Shown here piece after piece: positions 6,888-16,724 of a stretch of DNA of 32,000 bases; within the stretch, counting starts at the first letter, position 1; every line of letters starts with the position of its first letter. This stretch comes from Massilicoli timonensis. Lineage in GTDB: Bacteria; Bacillota_I; Bacilli_A; Erysipelotrichales; Erysipelotrichaceae. Both the position numbers and the translations under genes were made by a program. The notes beneath the pieces are model-generated. The model made no database searches, was not told where the DNA came from, and saw only the letters and a list, made by a program, of their open reading frames with translations. The DNA is taken from assembly GCF_900199515.1 (NCBI RefSeq), contig NZ_LT963434.1:1083272-1115271 (forward strand). The letters run 5' to 3'.

Positions 6888-7061
6888 ATGGATAAAAAAC
6901 AGACAATTACAACCGAACGCAAAATAGGGAAAATCACCTATCTTGTTCAAGCGTTGCCGAGTGAAAAGGCAACCGATACAATCCATAAAAAGATTGAAAA
7001 ACTCATTGTAAAGGATTTGCAGAAAAAGCCCGGAAATCCGGGCTTTTTAGCGTCCGAGTAG
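6888..7061 (+). CDS. TnpW-family small transposon protein
   Basis: ATG 6888 is preceded by SD AAAAGGAGG. 57 aa. ERKIGKITYLVQALPSEKATDTIHKKIEKLI parallels the E2 ORF (EIRMGNTVLVVSGFFKKDTTSTAADKMARVL). Both sit directly upstream of a serine recombinase gene. Confidence 0.6.
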   Translation: MDKKQTITTERKIGKITYLVQALPSEKATDTIHKKIEKLIVKDLQKKPGNPGFLASE

Positions 7062-7080
7062 TGCATTAGGCGGCGGGATA

Positions 7081-7089
7081 TGGTATAAT
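7081..7089 (+). promoter_or_regulatory. extended -10 promoter element (TGGTATAAT) upstream of the recombinase
   Basis: TGnTATAAT match located 50 nt before the recombinase ATG. Confidence 0.35.
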
Positions 7090-7138
7090 GATAGCAACAC
7101 ATTATACCTGTTTATTCGGCTGTCGGAAAGGAGGACTA

Positions 7139-9035
<1,897 letters not shown>

Positions 9036-9116
9036 CTATTCCGTGGTTTCATTGTACCACGGAACAGGGGCGGCTGTACAGCGGTAAAAGTGATAAATCT
9101 GCTTCTTTACAGCTTG

Positions 9117-9305
9117 TCAAATCGCCTTTTTTTGTGTAGCAGCGGCTTCCGCTTCCAGTACCCTCGCCATCTTGTCGGCGGCGGTGCTGGTGGTGTCTTT
9201 CTTGAAAAAGCCGGACACGACAAGAACGGTATTCCCCATGCGGATTTCCGTCACGCAGTCGGGGCGGCGGGTGGTACGGTGGTCGTGCTGCTTGATATTC
9301 TCCAT
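9117..9305 (-). CDS. TnpW-family small transposon protein
   Basis: ATG 9305 is preceded by SD GAAAGGAG. Similar to E1 ORF 6888-7061 and lies immediately upstream of the recombinase. Confidence 0.6.
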   Translation of the reverse strand: MENIKQHDHRTTRRPDCVTEIRMGNTVLVVSGFFKKDTTSTAADKMARVLEAEAAATQKKAI

Positions 9306-9319
9306 AGGCAATACTCCTT

Positions 9320-10159
9320 TCATTCAGCCAGCAGTTTCTTCATGGTTTCCATTTTCCGCTTTGCGGTTTCCTGCCGGAAGTTGACGCCAGTAAAGCGTAT
9401 CGGGACGCACATGGACAGCAGTCGGTCATAAATCCGGGAATGGGCCGTGTCTGTCGGCTTTTTCAACTCGTCCAGCGGGCGGTTGGTGGTGGCGATCAGC
9501 GGCTTGTTGCTGCGGTATCGGGTATCAATCACATGGAATACCTGTTCCAGTCCATAGTCGGTGCCACGCTCCATGCCGAAGTCGTCAATGATAAGCAGCG
9601 GATAGCGGCAAAGGCGGGAAATATACTCATTCCGGCCTGTAAAGCCGGGAGAGAGGTCGCCCAGGATAACGGCGAAGTTCGTCATATATACGGGGACTTC
9701 TTTCTCCATGAGGGCGTTTGCGATACAGCCCGCAAGGTAGCTTTTCCCGTTGCCGACGTTCCCCCAGAACAGGCAGCCGATGTTTTCGGCCTGCATTTCT
9801 TCCCAATGCTCCGCATACCGCCGGGCAATCCCGGTCTGCGGGTTTCTGCCGTTGTCGTTCTCGAATGTCCATTGCTGCATGGCTGAGTCGGCAAAAGCCC
9901 TCTGTTTCAGATTTTCCACGGCTTCCACATGGCGGCGGTGTTCCTCGGCGGCCTGCCGCTGCTCACGGGCGGCTCTCTGGCAGTCGCACTCTGCCGGGTG
10001 GCGGTCACGGCCAAACAGCTCCTTACCCTCCGGGAAGTAGGCTTCTTTCGGCGTATGGCACTTTCCGCAGTAAAGCAGTCCGTCCTCGCCGATATAGTCC
10101 TCCATCTCCGGGGCGGCGGTTGTCATGTTCTCCAAAATATCTTTGATTTCACTTGTCAT
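9320..10159 (-). CDS. DnaC/IstB-like AAA+ ATPase (helicase-loader-like)
   Basis: 279 aa. Walker A GNVGNGKSYLAGCIANAL and Walker B LLIIDDFG. N-terminal Cys-rich segment. Overlaps the upstream rep-like gene by 4 nt. Confidence 0.8.
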   Translation of the reverse strand: MTSEIKDILENMTTAAPEMEDYIGEDGLLYCGKCHTPKEAYFPEGKELFGRDRHPAECDCQRAAREQRQAAEEHRRHVEAVENLKQRAFADSAMQQWTFENDNGRNPQTGIARRYAEHWEEMQAENIGCLFWGNVGNGKSYLAGCIANALMEKEVPVYMTNFAVILGDLSPGFTGRNEYISRLCRYPLLIIDDFGMERGTDYGLEQVFHVIDTRYRSNKPLIATTNRPLDELKKPTDTAHSRIYDRLLSMCVPIRFTGVNFRQETAKRKMETMKKLLAE

Positions 10160-11007
10160 AAGCTTTCTCCCTCCATACAGGTATAGTCGGGGATGCCCTG
10201 TTTTACGGCTCCCTTTTTGTCATTGGCCGCCCATCTGTGCAAGGCGGCGGCATAATTCTGGTAGGCTTTCCCGCTGGCGGCAAGGTAATGGCTCATTTCC
10301 TCAATCAGCCGTTCCAGCCTGTCCGGGTATTCTGCCTGTAACTCGTCATATTCGTCCTTTGACAGAAAAATATTCTCATATCGGCCATAAGCTGTGGGCG
10401 GCTCCCCACTCGCTCTCATTGTTTGGTTCTCTATTAAGTTGTTTATATTAGTTTTGTTAGGGGTCGGTTTTCCGACCATCATAGGGTCGGTTTTCCGACC
10501 GTCATAAGGTCGCTTTTCCGACTGTATGAGGGTCGCTTTTCCGGCCATCAGTTGGTCGGAAAACCGTACCACTGGGACAGGCGGCACTTTCACATAAAGC
10601 CGATTGGGTGCGGAGAAGCCCCGCCGTTCCCGTTCTAAAAGCCCGGCTGCGTCCAGTTCTTTCAAGGCTCCCTTGATGGCGGTACAACCCTTGTCCAGCA
10701 TTTCCGCTATCTCCGCAACGGGGTAGACAATGAATATCCTGCCCTCGCCGTCCTGCCAGCCGTTCTTCTGTGACAGGGTGGAGCGGTCTAATAAAAGCGC
10801 ATACAGCAGCTTGGCGGTCTGTGAAATCTCCATTTTCAGCAGGAAACGGGGGTATGGAAGATAGGCGGGCAGCGTGGTGTCTGCCCTGATATAATCAGCG
10901 ATAGTATCACCTCCCTCTGTGTTGTGTCGTTTTTGGGCTTTGTCACGCATTAGGACGGCATTTCCGGGGGGAAAGGATAAATGTATCGCATACCCTTTGA
11001 CACCCAC
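10156..11007 (-). CDS. RepA_N-like replication initiator protein (start uncertain: GTG 11007 or ATG 10950)
   Basis: YLPYPRFLL..ISQTAKLLYALLLDRSTLSQKNGWQDGEGRIFIVYP..IAEML..TAIKGALKELDAAGLLERERRG..PNRLYV matches the RepA_N N-terminal pattern. Contains internal 23-bp repeats. Confidence 0.7.
   Translation of the reverse strand: MGVKGYAIHLSFPPGNAVLMRDKAQKRHNTEGGDTIADYIRADTTLPAYLPYPRFLLKMEISQTAKLLYALLLDRSTLSQKNGWQDGEGRIFIVYPVAEIAEMLDKGCTAIKGALKELDAAGLLERERRGFSAPNRLYVKVPPVPVVRFSDQLMAGKATLIQSEKRPYDGRKTDPMMVGKPTPNKTNINNLIENQTMRASGEPPTAYGRYENIFLSKDEYDELQAEYPDRLERLIEEMSHYLAASGKAYQNYAAALHRWAANDKKGAVKQGIPDYTCMEGESL
10462..10576. repeat. five tandem 23-bp repeats (iteron-like) inside the rep gene
   Basis: Units start at 10462, 10485, 10508, 10531 and 10554. 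The 16-bp core GGTCGGTTTTCCGACC is itself palindromic, and the fifth unit carries the AAAA version. A 23-bp period is not divisible by 3, so each unit is read in a different frame. Confidence 0.85.
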
Positions 11008-11022
11008 GAAAAAAGCCTTGAT

Positions 11023-11409
11023 TTATGCGGGTTTGAAAGGCTCTAAAGCGTGACATTTCTGCCTTTGTTTCCGCTTTCTCTCGGCGGCTTTGCGTTTCTT
11101 CATGCACCCGGCGCAGCCGGGGCAGTATTTCCCCCGGTTGGATTTGGGGACAAAGGCCGCCCCGCAGACCGCGCAGCGTTTCCGGCTCCCCCGGTACAAG
11201 AGGGCTGCGGCCAGCTCCCCGTCAAGGGGCAGGACAGCCACACGGAACCAGCGGCACATGAGGGAATAGGAAATGCTCTGGACGCACACGCAAGGCTCCC
11301 CGTCGTCTAACAGCAGGCAGTTCCCCTCGTCGTAGTTACAGCACTCATGCACAAGGCGGCGGGCTGCCTGGTGCTGGCGGTAGTCCATGCGGGACGGCTT
11401 ATCGTTCAT
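11023..11409 (-). CDS. cysteine-rich VLP domain protein
   Basis: 128 aa. CCNYDEGNCLLLDDGEPCVCVQ..., the VLP motif (AVLPLD) and CAVCG...CPGC. Basic C-terminus. Overlaps the relaxase stop. Confidence 0.7.
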   Translation of the reverse strand: MNDKPSRMDYRQHQAARRLVHECCNYDEGNCLLLDDGEPCVCVQSISYSLMCRWFRVAVLPLDGELAAALLYRGSRKRCAVCGAAFVPKSNRGKYCPGCAGCMKKRKAAERKRKQRQKCHALEPFKPA

Positions 11410-13075
11410 GGCTCTGCTCCTTTCTGCGGTGCGGCTCTTCCCGGCGCAAAATCTGGTCGATGTTCCGCTTGACGGTCTGCAACTCCCTGAACCGCTGCTT
11501 CTGTTCGTGATAGGTGTTGTACAGGCCGTCTTTCTCGGAGATAAGCTGCTCGATCTCGGCCTGCAACGCTTTTCGGCCGGGCAGCTTGGTAAGCCCCTGT
11601 GCCTTGAAATACCGGGCGGCGGCTTCGGCTATGATAAAATCGCTCTCGTTTGCCTGGCGGTATGCGGCGCGGGCTTTCTCGGATTTCTGCGCTTTCAGCC
11701 CCTCGCGGATGGGCTTGGTCTTGGCATAGGCAAGTACCTGTTGCCGCAACTCCCTTTTCCCTTGCAGCTTCGTTTCCAGTGCTTTCAGTTCGCCGCTGGT
11801 CTGGCGCATTTCCTGATAGGCGGTAGCAACGGCGGCTTCAAGCTGTTCCGGGGAAGAAAAGCCGTACTGTTGGTAGATGGTCAGGGTCTTGGCGGCCTGT
11901 TTCAGATTGTGTATCTTCGCCCATCGTTCATAGCCTTTGCCCTTGCCCTCGGCCATCTTCTGCTCAATGTCCACAAGCCGCTGCACACTGTCCTGTCTGG
12001 GGTCGATTTTCCCTGTCTTTTCGCCCTGTAAGCGGCCTTTCCCGGCGTGTAGGTATTCGGGTATGGCTGCGGTCTGTTCGGCGGCTCTGGCGGCTTGGTG
12101 CTGCGGGGTGTAGCGAACCGTTACGCCCCTCTGGGCGTTCTGCTCCAAAACGGCAAGGACGGCGGTGCGGTCAAAGTCGCCGCCCAGCTTCCGGGCGGTG
12201 ATAGGCTTCGTCCTGTCTGGCGTGAGGTAGGACAGCCGCCCCCGGCTCTCCTTGACGGTCACACCCTCCCGCAACAGCAGAGAGGAAAACTCGTCAAAGC
12301 TGGCAGCGGTGGCAAGGGCTTTCCGTAGGGTCTGCCGCAGCTTCTCCTTGTTCGTTTCAAACTTGGTCTGCCGGGGCGTGATACCGCCTGCAATCATGGG
12401 GGCGTTCTGCTTGTCCAGTGCGGCCTGTCCCTTTTTCTGCGCCCAATATTCCCGGTCTGTGACACGGTTCTTGCTGCCGTTCAAGAGGTCGATTTGGTAA
12501 AGTCCTTCCCGGTGGCACATCTCCATGACCTCGGACTTGAAGTAGCGTAGGGCTGCGTCGGTGCAGCGGTGCTTGCACCCGGCTTTCGTGTCCGCTGGCC
12601 TGTCCATGTAGGGCAGGAACGGCACTTCCTCTATCCGCAGGCTGTTAATGACGATATGCACATGGATGTTGCCGCTGTGGTTATGCCCGTCCGGGTGGGT
12701 GCAGACAAGGGCCTGATGGCCGGGGAAATGCTCTTTACAGAATTGCTCCCCCAACGCCTGCGCCCGGTCTACGGTCAGGCCGTTGTCCGGCCCGTCCCGT
12801 GGGTCAAAGCTGATGATATAGTGGTGGCTTTTCACATCCTCCCGCCGCTGATTTTTCTCATAGCGGAGATTGGAGCGCATACACGCAACGGCAAAATCCT
12901 CGCCGCCGCAGTTCAGCGTGGACAAGCGATAATCCTCACGGGGGATAAGCCTGCCGTTTTCATCAAGGACGGGCTTCATAGTAAATTCGTCATGCTCAAA
13001 GAGCAGGTATTGTTCGGCGGCTCCGTAGTCGGCGTTCTTAGAGCCTAAATGCTTGAGTGTTGCCAACGGCGTCAC
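11399..13075 (-). CDS. relaxase / mobilization nuclease (MobA/VirD2-type)
   Basis: 558 aa. HHYIISF, then the HPDGHNHSGNIHVHIVIN histidine motif. C-terminal GYERWAKIHNLKQAAK is shared with the E1 relaxase. Start (GTG 13075 or TTG 13066) is uncertain. Confidence 0.85.
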   Translation of the reverse strand: MTPLATLKHLGSKNADYGAAEQYLLFEHDEFTMKPVLDENGRLIPREDYRLSTLNCGGEDFAVACMRSNLRYEKNQRREDVKSHHYIISFDPRDGPDNGLTVDRAQALGEQFCKEHFPGHQALVCTHPDGHNHSGNIHVHIVINSLRIEEVPFLPYMDRPADTKAGCKHRCTDAALRYFKSEVMEMCHREGLYQIDLLNGSKNRVTDREYWAQKKGQAALDKQNAPMIAGGITPRQTKFETNKEKLRQTLRKALATAASFDEFSSLLLREGVTVKESRGRLSYLTPDRTKPITARKLGGDFDRTAVLAVLEQNAQRGVTVRYTPQHQAARAAEQTAAIPEYLHAGKGRLQGEKTGKIDPRQDSVQRLVDIEQKMAEGKGKGYERWAKIHNLKQAAKTLTIYQQYGFSSPEQLEAAVATAYQEMRQTSGELKALETKLQGKRELRQQVLAYAKTKPIREGLKAQKSEKARAAYRQANESDFIIAEAAARYFKAQGLTKLPGRKALQAEIEQLISEKDGLYNTYHEQKQRFRELQTVKRNIDQILRREEPHRRKEQSHER

Positions 13076-13436
13076 CTACTTTCTTTAGGACTTCATACTT
13101 GAGGGCGGCAAGGTCGGCGGCCGCTTCCCGCAATTCCTTTGCCATAGCCGGGTAGGGGCTATGCCACTCGTTGAGGGTGCGGGCAATCTGGTTGAGATTG
13201 CCGCCAATCCTGCCGTACTCGGCTGTGAGCTTCCCGACAGCGGAGAGCAGCTCGTCATTGACTGACGACACATGGAGTACGGGGCGTATGGTAGTGCGCC
13301 GGATGGCCTGCCGGAGAAATTCGGACTGACTGATACCATAGGGCGCAAGCCGTTCTGTGAAGTCGGCGTATTCTTCATCGGTCAGCCGGGTTTTCACAAC
13401 ATGGCTGCGGTGGGGGGTGTTGTATCGCTTCGGCAT
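13038..13436 (-). CDS. mobC: MobC-family relaxosome accessory protein
   Basis: The track ORF starts at GTG 13457, but ATG 13436 has SD AAAGGAGG 9 nt upstream. RLTDEEYADF and GGNLNQIARTLN motifs present. Confidence 0.8.
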   Translation of the reverse strand: MPKRYNTPHRSHVVKTRLTDEEYADFTERLAPYGISQSEFLRQAIRRTTIRPVLHVSSVNDELLSAVGKLTAEYGRIGGNLNQIARTLNEWHSPYPAMAKELREAAADLAALKYEVLKKVGDAVGNTQAFRL

Positions 13437-13504
13437 GGGCTGTAAACCTCCTTTCACTTATCACAAAAAATGGGCTGGTCTGTTAGCTATTTTCGGGGCA
13501 TTTC

Positions 13505-13610
13505 CTGTCTGCCGGACAGAAATATTTTTGCGGCGTAAGCCGCATAGCAGGGTTTGGGGAAGGCACTCCCCAACAAGTTTCCCGCGAGGGGCAAAACCGC
13601 AGAATTGCGG
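13505..13610. promoter_or_regulatory. candidate oriT / mobC control region of E2
   Basis: Cluster of inverted repeats: CTGTC..GACAG (13505-13519), GCGGC..GCCGC (13530-13543), TTGGGGA..TCCCCAA (13554-13573) and CCGCA..TGCGG (~13596-13609). Shares AGGGTTTGGG..CCCAACAAG with the E1 mobC upstream region. Confidence 0.3.
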
Positions 13611-13930
13611 ATTTTGGCACCGTGGTAGAAACTTGCTCTAAGTAAGCCGTAGATTTCCCCTTGCACTTACTACTCGTATAGCTGCCGCCTGTTTTGGCCG
13701 GATTTCTGCAAAAATCTTACGGCGTGGGGCGATTTTTACCCGCAGTTCTTTCTTTCCGCTAAAGATACATTTCAAAGGCCGCCAGCTACCCGCTTGCCGG
13801 GAATTTTCTCAAATTTTCCTTTGCCTTAGAAATACAGAAAATGCAGATTTGGCTACCGCCGCAGAAAATTTTTTGTTTCCGGCTTCACCTACCTACTACG
13901 GATGACTTTGCGATTTTGCCAAACGGATAA

Positions 13931-13966
13931 AGAAAAAAGCAGCAAATCTTTTTCAGACTTACTGCT
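13931..13966 (-). terminator. minus-strand Rho-independent terminator after the small membrane protein gene
   Basis: The 10-bp stem (13939-13948 / 13956-13965) is fully paired only as minus-strand RNA, where two positions form G-U pairs. The U-tract comes from the A-run at 13933-13938. Confidence 0.5.
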
Positions 13967-14082
13967 TTCGCTGGCCGCCGATGGGCGGTGGATATTCAGT
14001 TTTGAAAGTTCAGGTCAGGTTGGCCCGATGATGGATAGCACAATAAATTCCTGTTTTCCCTTTAAGGCATTGTGCATTTTTT

Positions 14083-14274
14083 CTATTTCTCTTGATGATT
14101 ATTTTTTTCATAATCAATCAATGTACCTATAACAATTCCAATCAACATTCCGATACCTGCACAAATAGAAATAGCAAAAAGATTTTGCAAAAACGCCCAT
14201 GCCAACACACCTATGCAACCACCGACAATAAATCCTGTTAATAAGCCAATAGTTAAGTATTTATTACTTTTCAT
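14083..14274 (-). CDS. small two-TM glycine-zipper membrane protein (function unknown)
   Basis: 63 aa with two hydrophobic helices rich in GxxxG (GLLTGFIVGGCIGVLAW; CAGIGMLIGIVIG). SD AGGGGAG and an upstream TATAAT. Located in an AT-rich islet. Confidence 0.55.
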   Translation of the reverse strand: MKSNKYLTIGLLTGFIVGGCIGVLAWAFLQNLFAISICAGIGMLIGIVIGTLIDYEKNNHQEK

Positions 14275-14405
14275 ATTGCTATATCTCCCCTAAAAGTATA
14301 TTTGTCGTTGGTTCTATTATACTATGACCTGCTTCCTTTAGGAATAGATGAATTGTAAACTGGCTGGAGTGAAACCGCTAATGACAGCCAGTGTTTGTTC
14401 TTTGT

Positions 14406-14609
14406 TTATCGGTCAAAGCGAAATTTGAACAGGGCGGCAATGAGCTGTTGCTTTATATGTTCCTCAACTTCGGCGTTGACTTTCCCGTGTACTTTGGAAC
14501 AGTAGCGGATATATCCGGCATAGTGGGAAAGAATGGTGTCGATTGCGTCCGGGTCGCCCTCATGGGCTTTGACGATTGTTTCATAGGGGAGAAGTTTACT
14601 CATAGTCAT
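14406..14609 (-). CDS. HTH_16-type helix-turn-helix protein (Tn916 orf8-like)
   Basis: 67 aa. ETIVKAHEGDPDAIDTILSHYAGYIRY parallels E1 ORF 6190-6432. Overlaps the end of the sigma reading frame. Confidence 0.7.
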   Translation of the reverse strand: MTMSKLLPYETIVKAHEGDPDAIDTILSHYAGYIRYCSKVHGKVNAEVEEHIKQQLIAALFKFRFDR

Positions 14610-15018
14610 TTCCCTCCATGAGCCGCCTTAACCGCTGCAAGGCAAGCCGGATATGCCGCCCCGCTGTGCTGCGTGTCCGGCCAATATGTACGCCGATCAC
14701 TCGCTGCGGCTGGCGCAGGAAATAGTAACGAAAAATTTCTTCCTGCGTCTGCTCCGGCAAAAGGGCAAGGGCGGCGGCAAGCTCCGCATGATACAGAACG
14801 GCGGTCTGGCCGCAGGCGGTAAAAAGATATTCTTCAAGCTACTCCGGCTCGGCAAGCTGGACAAACTTTTCACTCATCAGATAATCAAGGGAAACTTCCC
14901 GTTCCCACCTCCGGCGCAGCTTCAAGATTTTATCTATGGCTGCGTGACGAATGACTACCTTGCAAAAGGCATTGAATGTGTACTGGATATGCACCTTGTA
15001 GGCTTCATCTTCGGTCAT
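14596..15018 (-). pseudogene. sigma-70 family sigma factor (orf7-like) with an in-frame TAG at 14839-14841
   Basis: My own translation of the minus strand is MTEDEAYKVHIQYTFNAFCKVVIRHAAIDKILKLRRRWEREVSLDYLMSEKFVQLAEPE*LEEYLFTACGQTAVLYHAELAAALALLPEQTQEEIFRYYFLRQPQRVIGVHIGRTRSTAGRHIRLALQRLRRLMEGNDYE. Both halves align with the E1 sigma factor. Neither half reaches the 60-aa ORF-track cutoff. Confidence 0.7.
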
Positions 15019-15188
15019 GGAAATTCCCCCTCTCTGAATAATAGTGCGGGGCGGCAGTACTCCTTGCTGTCGCCCCTTGATTGCCTACCAGCAAAGACGG
15101 GCGGGGCTGTCAACGACGGCGCGAAGCGGCGTTCATTTTATCGTTGACTGGCTCGGCTGGGTTTGCTATTTACCCGACAAACTTGAAT

Positions 15189-15956
15189 TTATTTTAAGCT
15201 ATCACGTTTTACCTTCTTAAGCCTTACTATCATTACCATAGGAATTTCTTTGTTGGTTTTGAAACATTCTTCATAAAATCCATCAATGACAAATCCAGCT
15301 CTAAAACAAAGGTTAAAAATATCTTGTATGGAACGATGATAATAAATCTGCTCTTTCGGTTGCCCTTCAATCGCTATATCATAGTAACTGTGCGGTGTCA
15401 TATATTTTTCAGTCAACGTGACAAAACAAGGGTGTTGCGTTGCAAAGACAAAAATTCCGCTTTCCTGCAACAGTTCATAAACAGCCATAAGAAGTGGTTC
15501 AATGTCCGTAATATCCATAATTGCCATATTAGAAACTGCTTTCGTAAAGGCTCGATTTCTTTTTAATTCTAATATACTTTTTCTATCGGTCGCATCCGCC
15601 ACACAAAATTCAATTTGTTTTGCATATTGTGATTGCCGTCTTTTAGCCAATTCTATCATTTTTTTGCTGTAATCAAAAGCGACAACCGAAGCACCTCTTT
15701 GTGCAAGATACGAAGAATAATTTCCATTGCCACACGCAATATCCAAAATGTAATCCGCAGGATTAGGAGATAGAAGTTCCGTTACTTTGGGGCGCACTAC
15801 CTCTCTGTGAAATTCATTAGATTCGTCACCCATTGCATTATCCCAAAATTGTGCGTTCTCCTCCCAGATTTTTTTACTTTCCTCTGTTCCCATGTTCTCT
15901 CCCACTCCCAAAATTTGCTTTTTTGCTTCCATTAAATCTTCCTTACTATATTCCAT
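15189..15956 (-). CDS. class I SAM-dependent methyltransferase (substrate unknown)
   Basis: 255 aa. Motif I ILDIACGNGNYS, acidic loop VVAFDYS, and post-I/II motifs. AT-rich. Confidence 0.85.
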   Translation of the reverse strand: MEYSKEDLMEAKKQILGVGENMGTEESKKIWEENAQFWDNAMGDESNEFHREVVRPKVTELLSPNPADYILDIACGNGNYSSYLAQRGASVVAFDYSKKMIELAKRRQSQYAKQIEFCVADATDRKSILELKRNRAFTKAVSNMAIMDITDIEPLLMAVYELLQESGIFVFATQHPCFVTLTEKYMTPHSYYDIAIEGQPKEQIYYHRSIQDIFNLCFRAGFVIDGFYEECFKTNKEIPMVMIVRLKKVKRDSLK

Positions 15957-16187
15957 TGTTACCCTCCATAACTTCTGATTGTTGTCGTCTTGACTATTAT
16001 GTATCTTTTCTTTCCAAAATGGTATAGGCTTTTATTTTTGTAATGCTGCAAAACTTTTCTTCTGTAAGGTATTCAAAGGATATTTCCCTTTGCCGCCGCT
16101 TGCATTAAGCCGCCGCTATTGGAAAGCCAAAAGCAGCGGCTTTTTTTACTCGGTATTACCGAAAAGTATAGAAAGCAGGATATGTCA

Positions 16188-16643
16188 TCATTTGTCATTT
16201 CTTCTCAATGTAATAACTGCATGGCATATCAAGCCAAATACAAGAGAAAAACAGCCACCGCCAAATAGTGATGCTCCCCACCCTGCACCTGACATTGTCA
16301 TAAAACCGCCAACAAAGAAAATACCAATGCCAAGAAATATACCAACACCATAAAAAAGTCCAATTGCCATATCGTACTTATTAAATTGTCGTTTCTCCTT
16401 TTTTTCATATGTTTCCATCTTTGTTATTACCTCCTTCGCAAAATCGTCCATGTTGACTCCAAAAAGAAAGCAAATTTTTTTCAACATATTTAAATCGGGT
16501 TCATTAACATCTCTCTCCCAATTCGATAGTGCCTGCCGGGTAACATTCAATTCCCCGGCTAGTTCTTCCTGTGTCATTCCCAATTGTGTTCGCAGATGAC
16601 GTATTTGCTTTCCTGTTGTAATATTCGTCTGTTCCTGGTTCAA
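16188..16643 (-). CDS. membrane-anchored XRE-family HTH regulator
   Basis: 151 aa, TTG start with SD GAGGAG. N-terminal HTH_3 (IRHLRTQLGMTQEELAGELNVTRQALSNWERD). C-terminal pair of glycine-rich TM helices. Confidence 0.8.
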   Translation of the reverse strand: MNQEQTNITTGKQIRHLRTQLGMTQEELAGELNVTRQALSNWERDVNEPDLNMLKKICFLFGVNMDDFAKEVITKMETYEKKEKRQFNKYDMAIGLFYGVGIFLGIGIFFVGGFMTMSGAGWGASLFGGGCFSLVFGLICHAVITLRRNDK

Positions 16644-16724
16644 AATAGTTTCTCCTCTCTGATACTGATTTTATCAATGATATTTCGCAATAGCCAGCAA
16701 TGAACGCTTGCATTGCGCAAGACG

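Noticed and set aside
6420-6906. ORFs 6420-6725(-), 6544-6906(-), 6554-6847(+) as protein genes
   Set aside because: They overlap one another on both strands, are Arg/Pro/Cys-rich, and have no SD or domain resemblance. The region is better explained as structured non-coding sequence (see finding).
7088-7138. Upstream ATG 7088 as the recombinase start (574 aa)
   Set aside because: ATG 7139 is preceded by a strong SD (GGAAAGGAGG), and the resulting N-terminus (MLQSNKITALYCRLS) matches the usual distance to the catalytic serine. The extra 17 codons also overlap a TGGTATAAT promoter-like element.
10462-10576. Tandem repeats considered as a CRISPR array
   Set aside because: The 23-bp period leaves only 7-bp variable parts. 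The array lies inside a coding region and no cas genes are present. It fits iterons, not CRISPR.
11387-13048. Long plus-strand ORFs (11387-12031, 214 aa; 12569-13048, 159 aa; others) opposite the E2 relaxase
   Set aside because: They are antisense to a relaxase with clear catalytic motifs. Their Leu/Gly/Pro-rich composition has no recognisable domains, so they are GC-rich shadow frames.
14653-15147. 164-aa plus-strand ORF
   Set aside because: It lies antisense to the sigma-factor reading frame, which has clear region-4 similarity despite its internal stop. It has no SD and no motifs.
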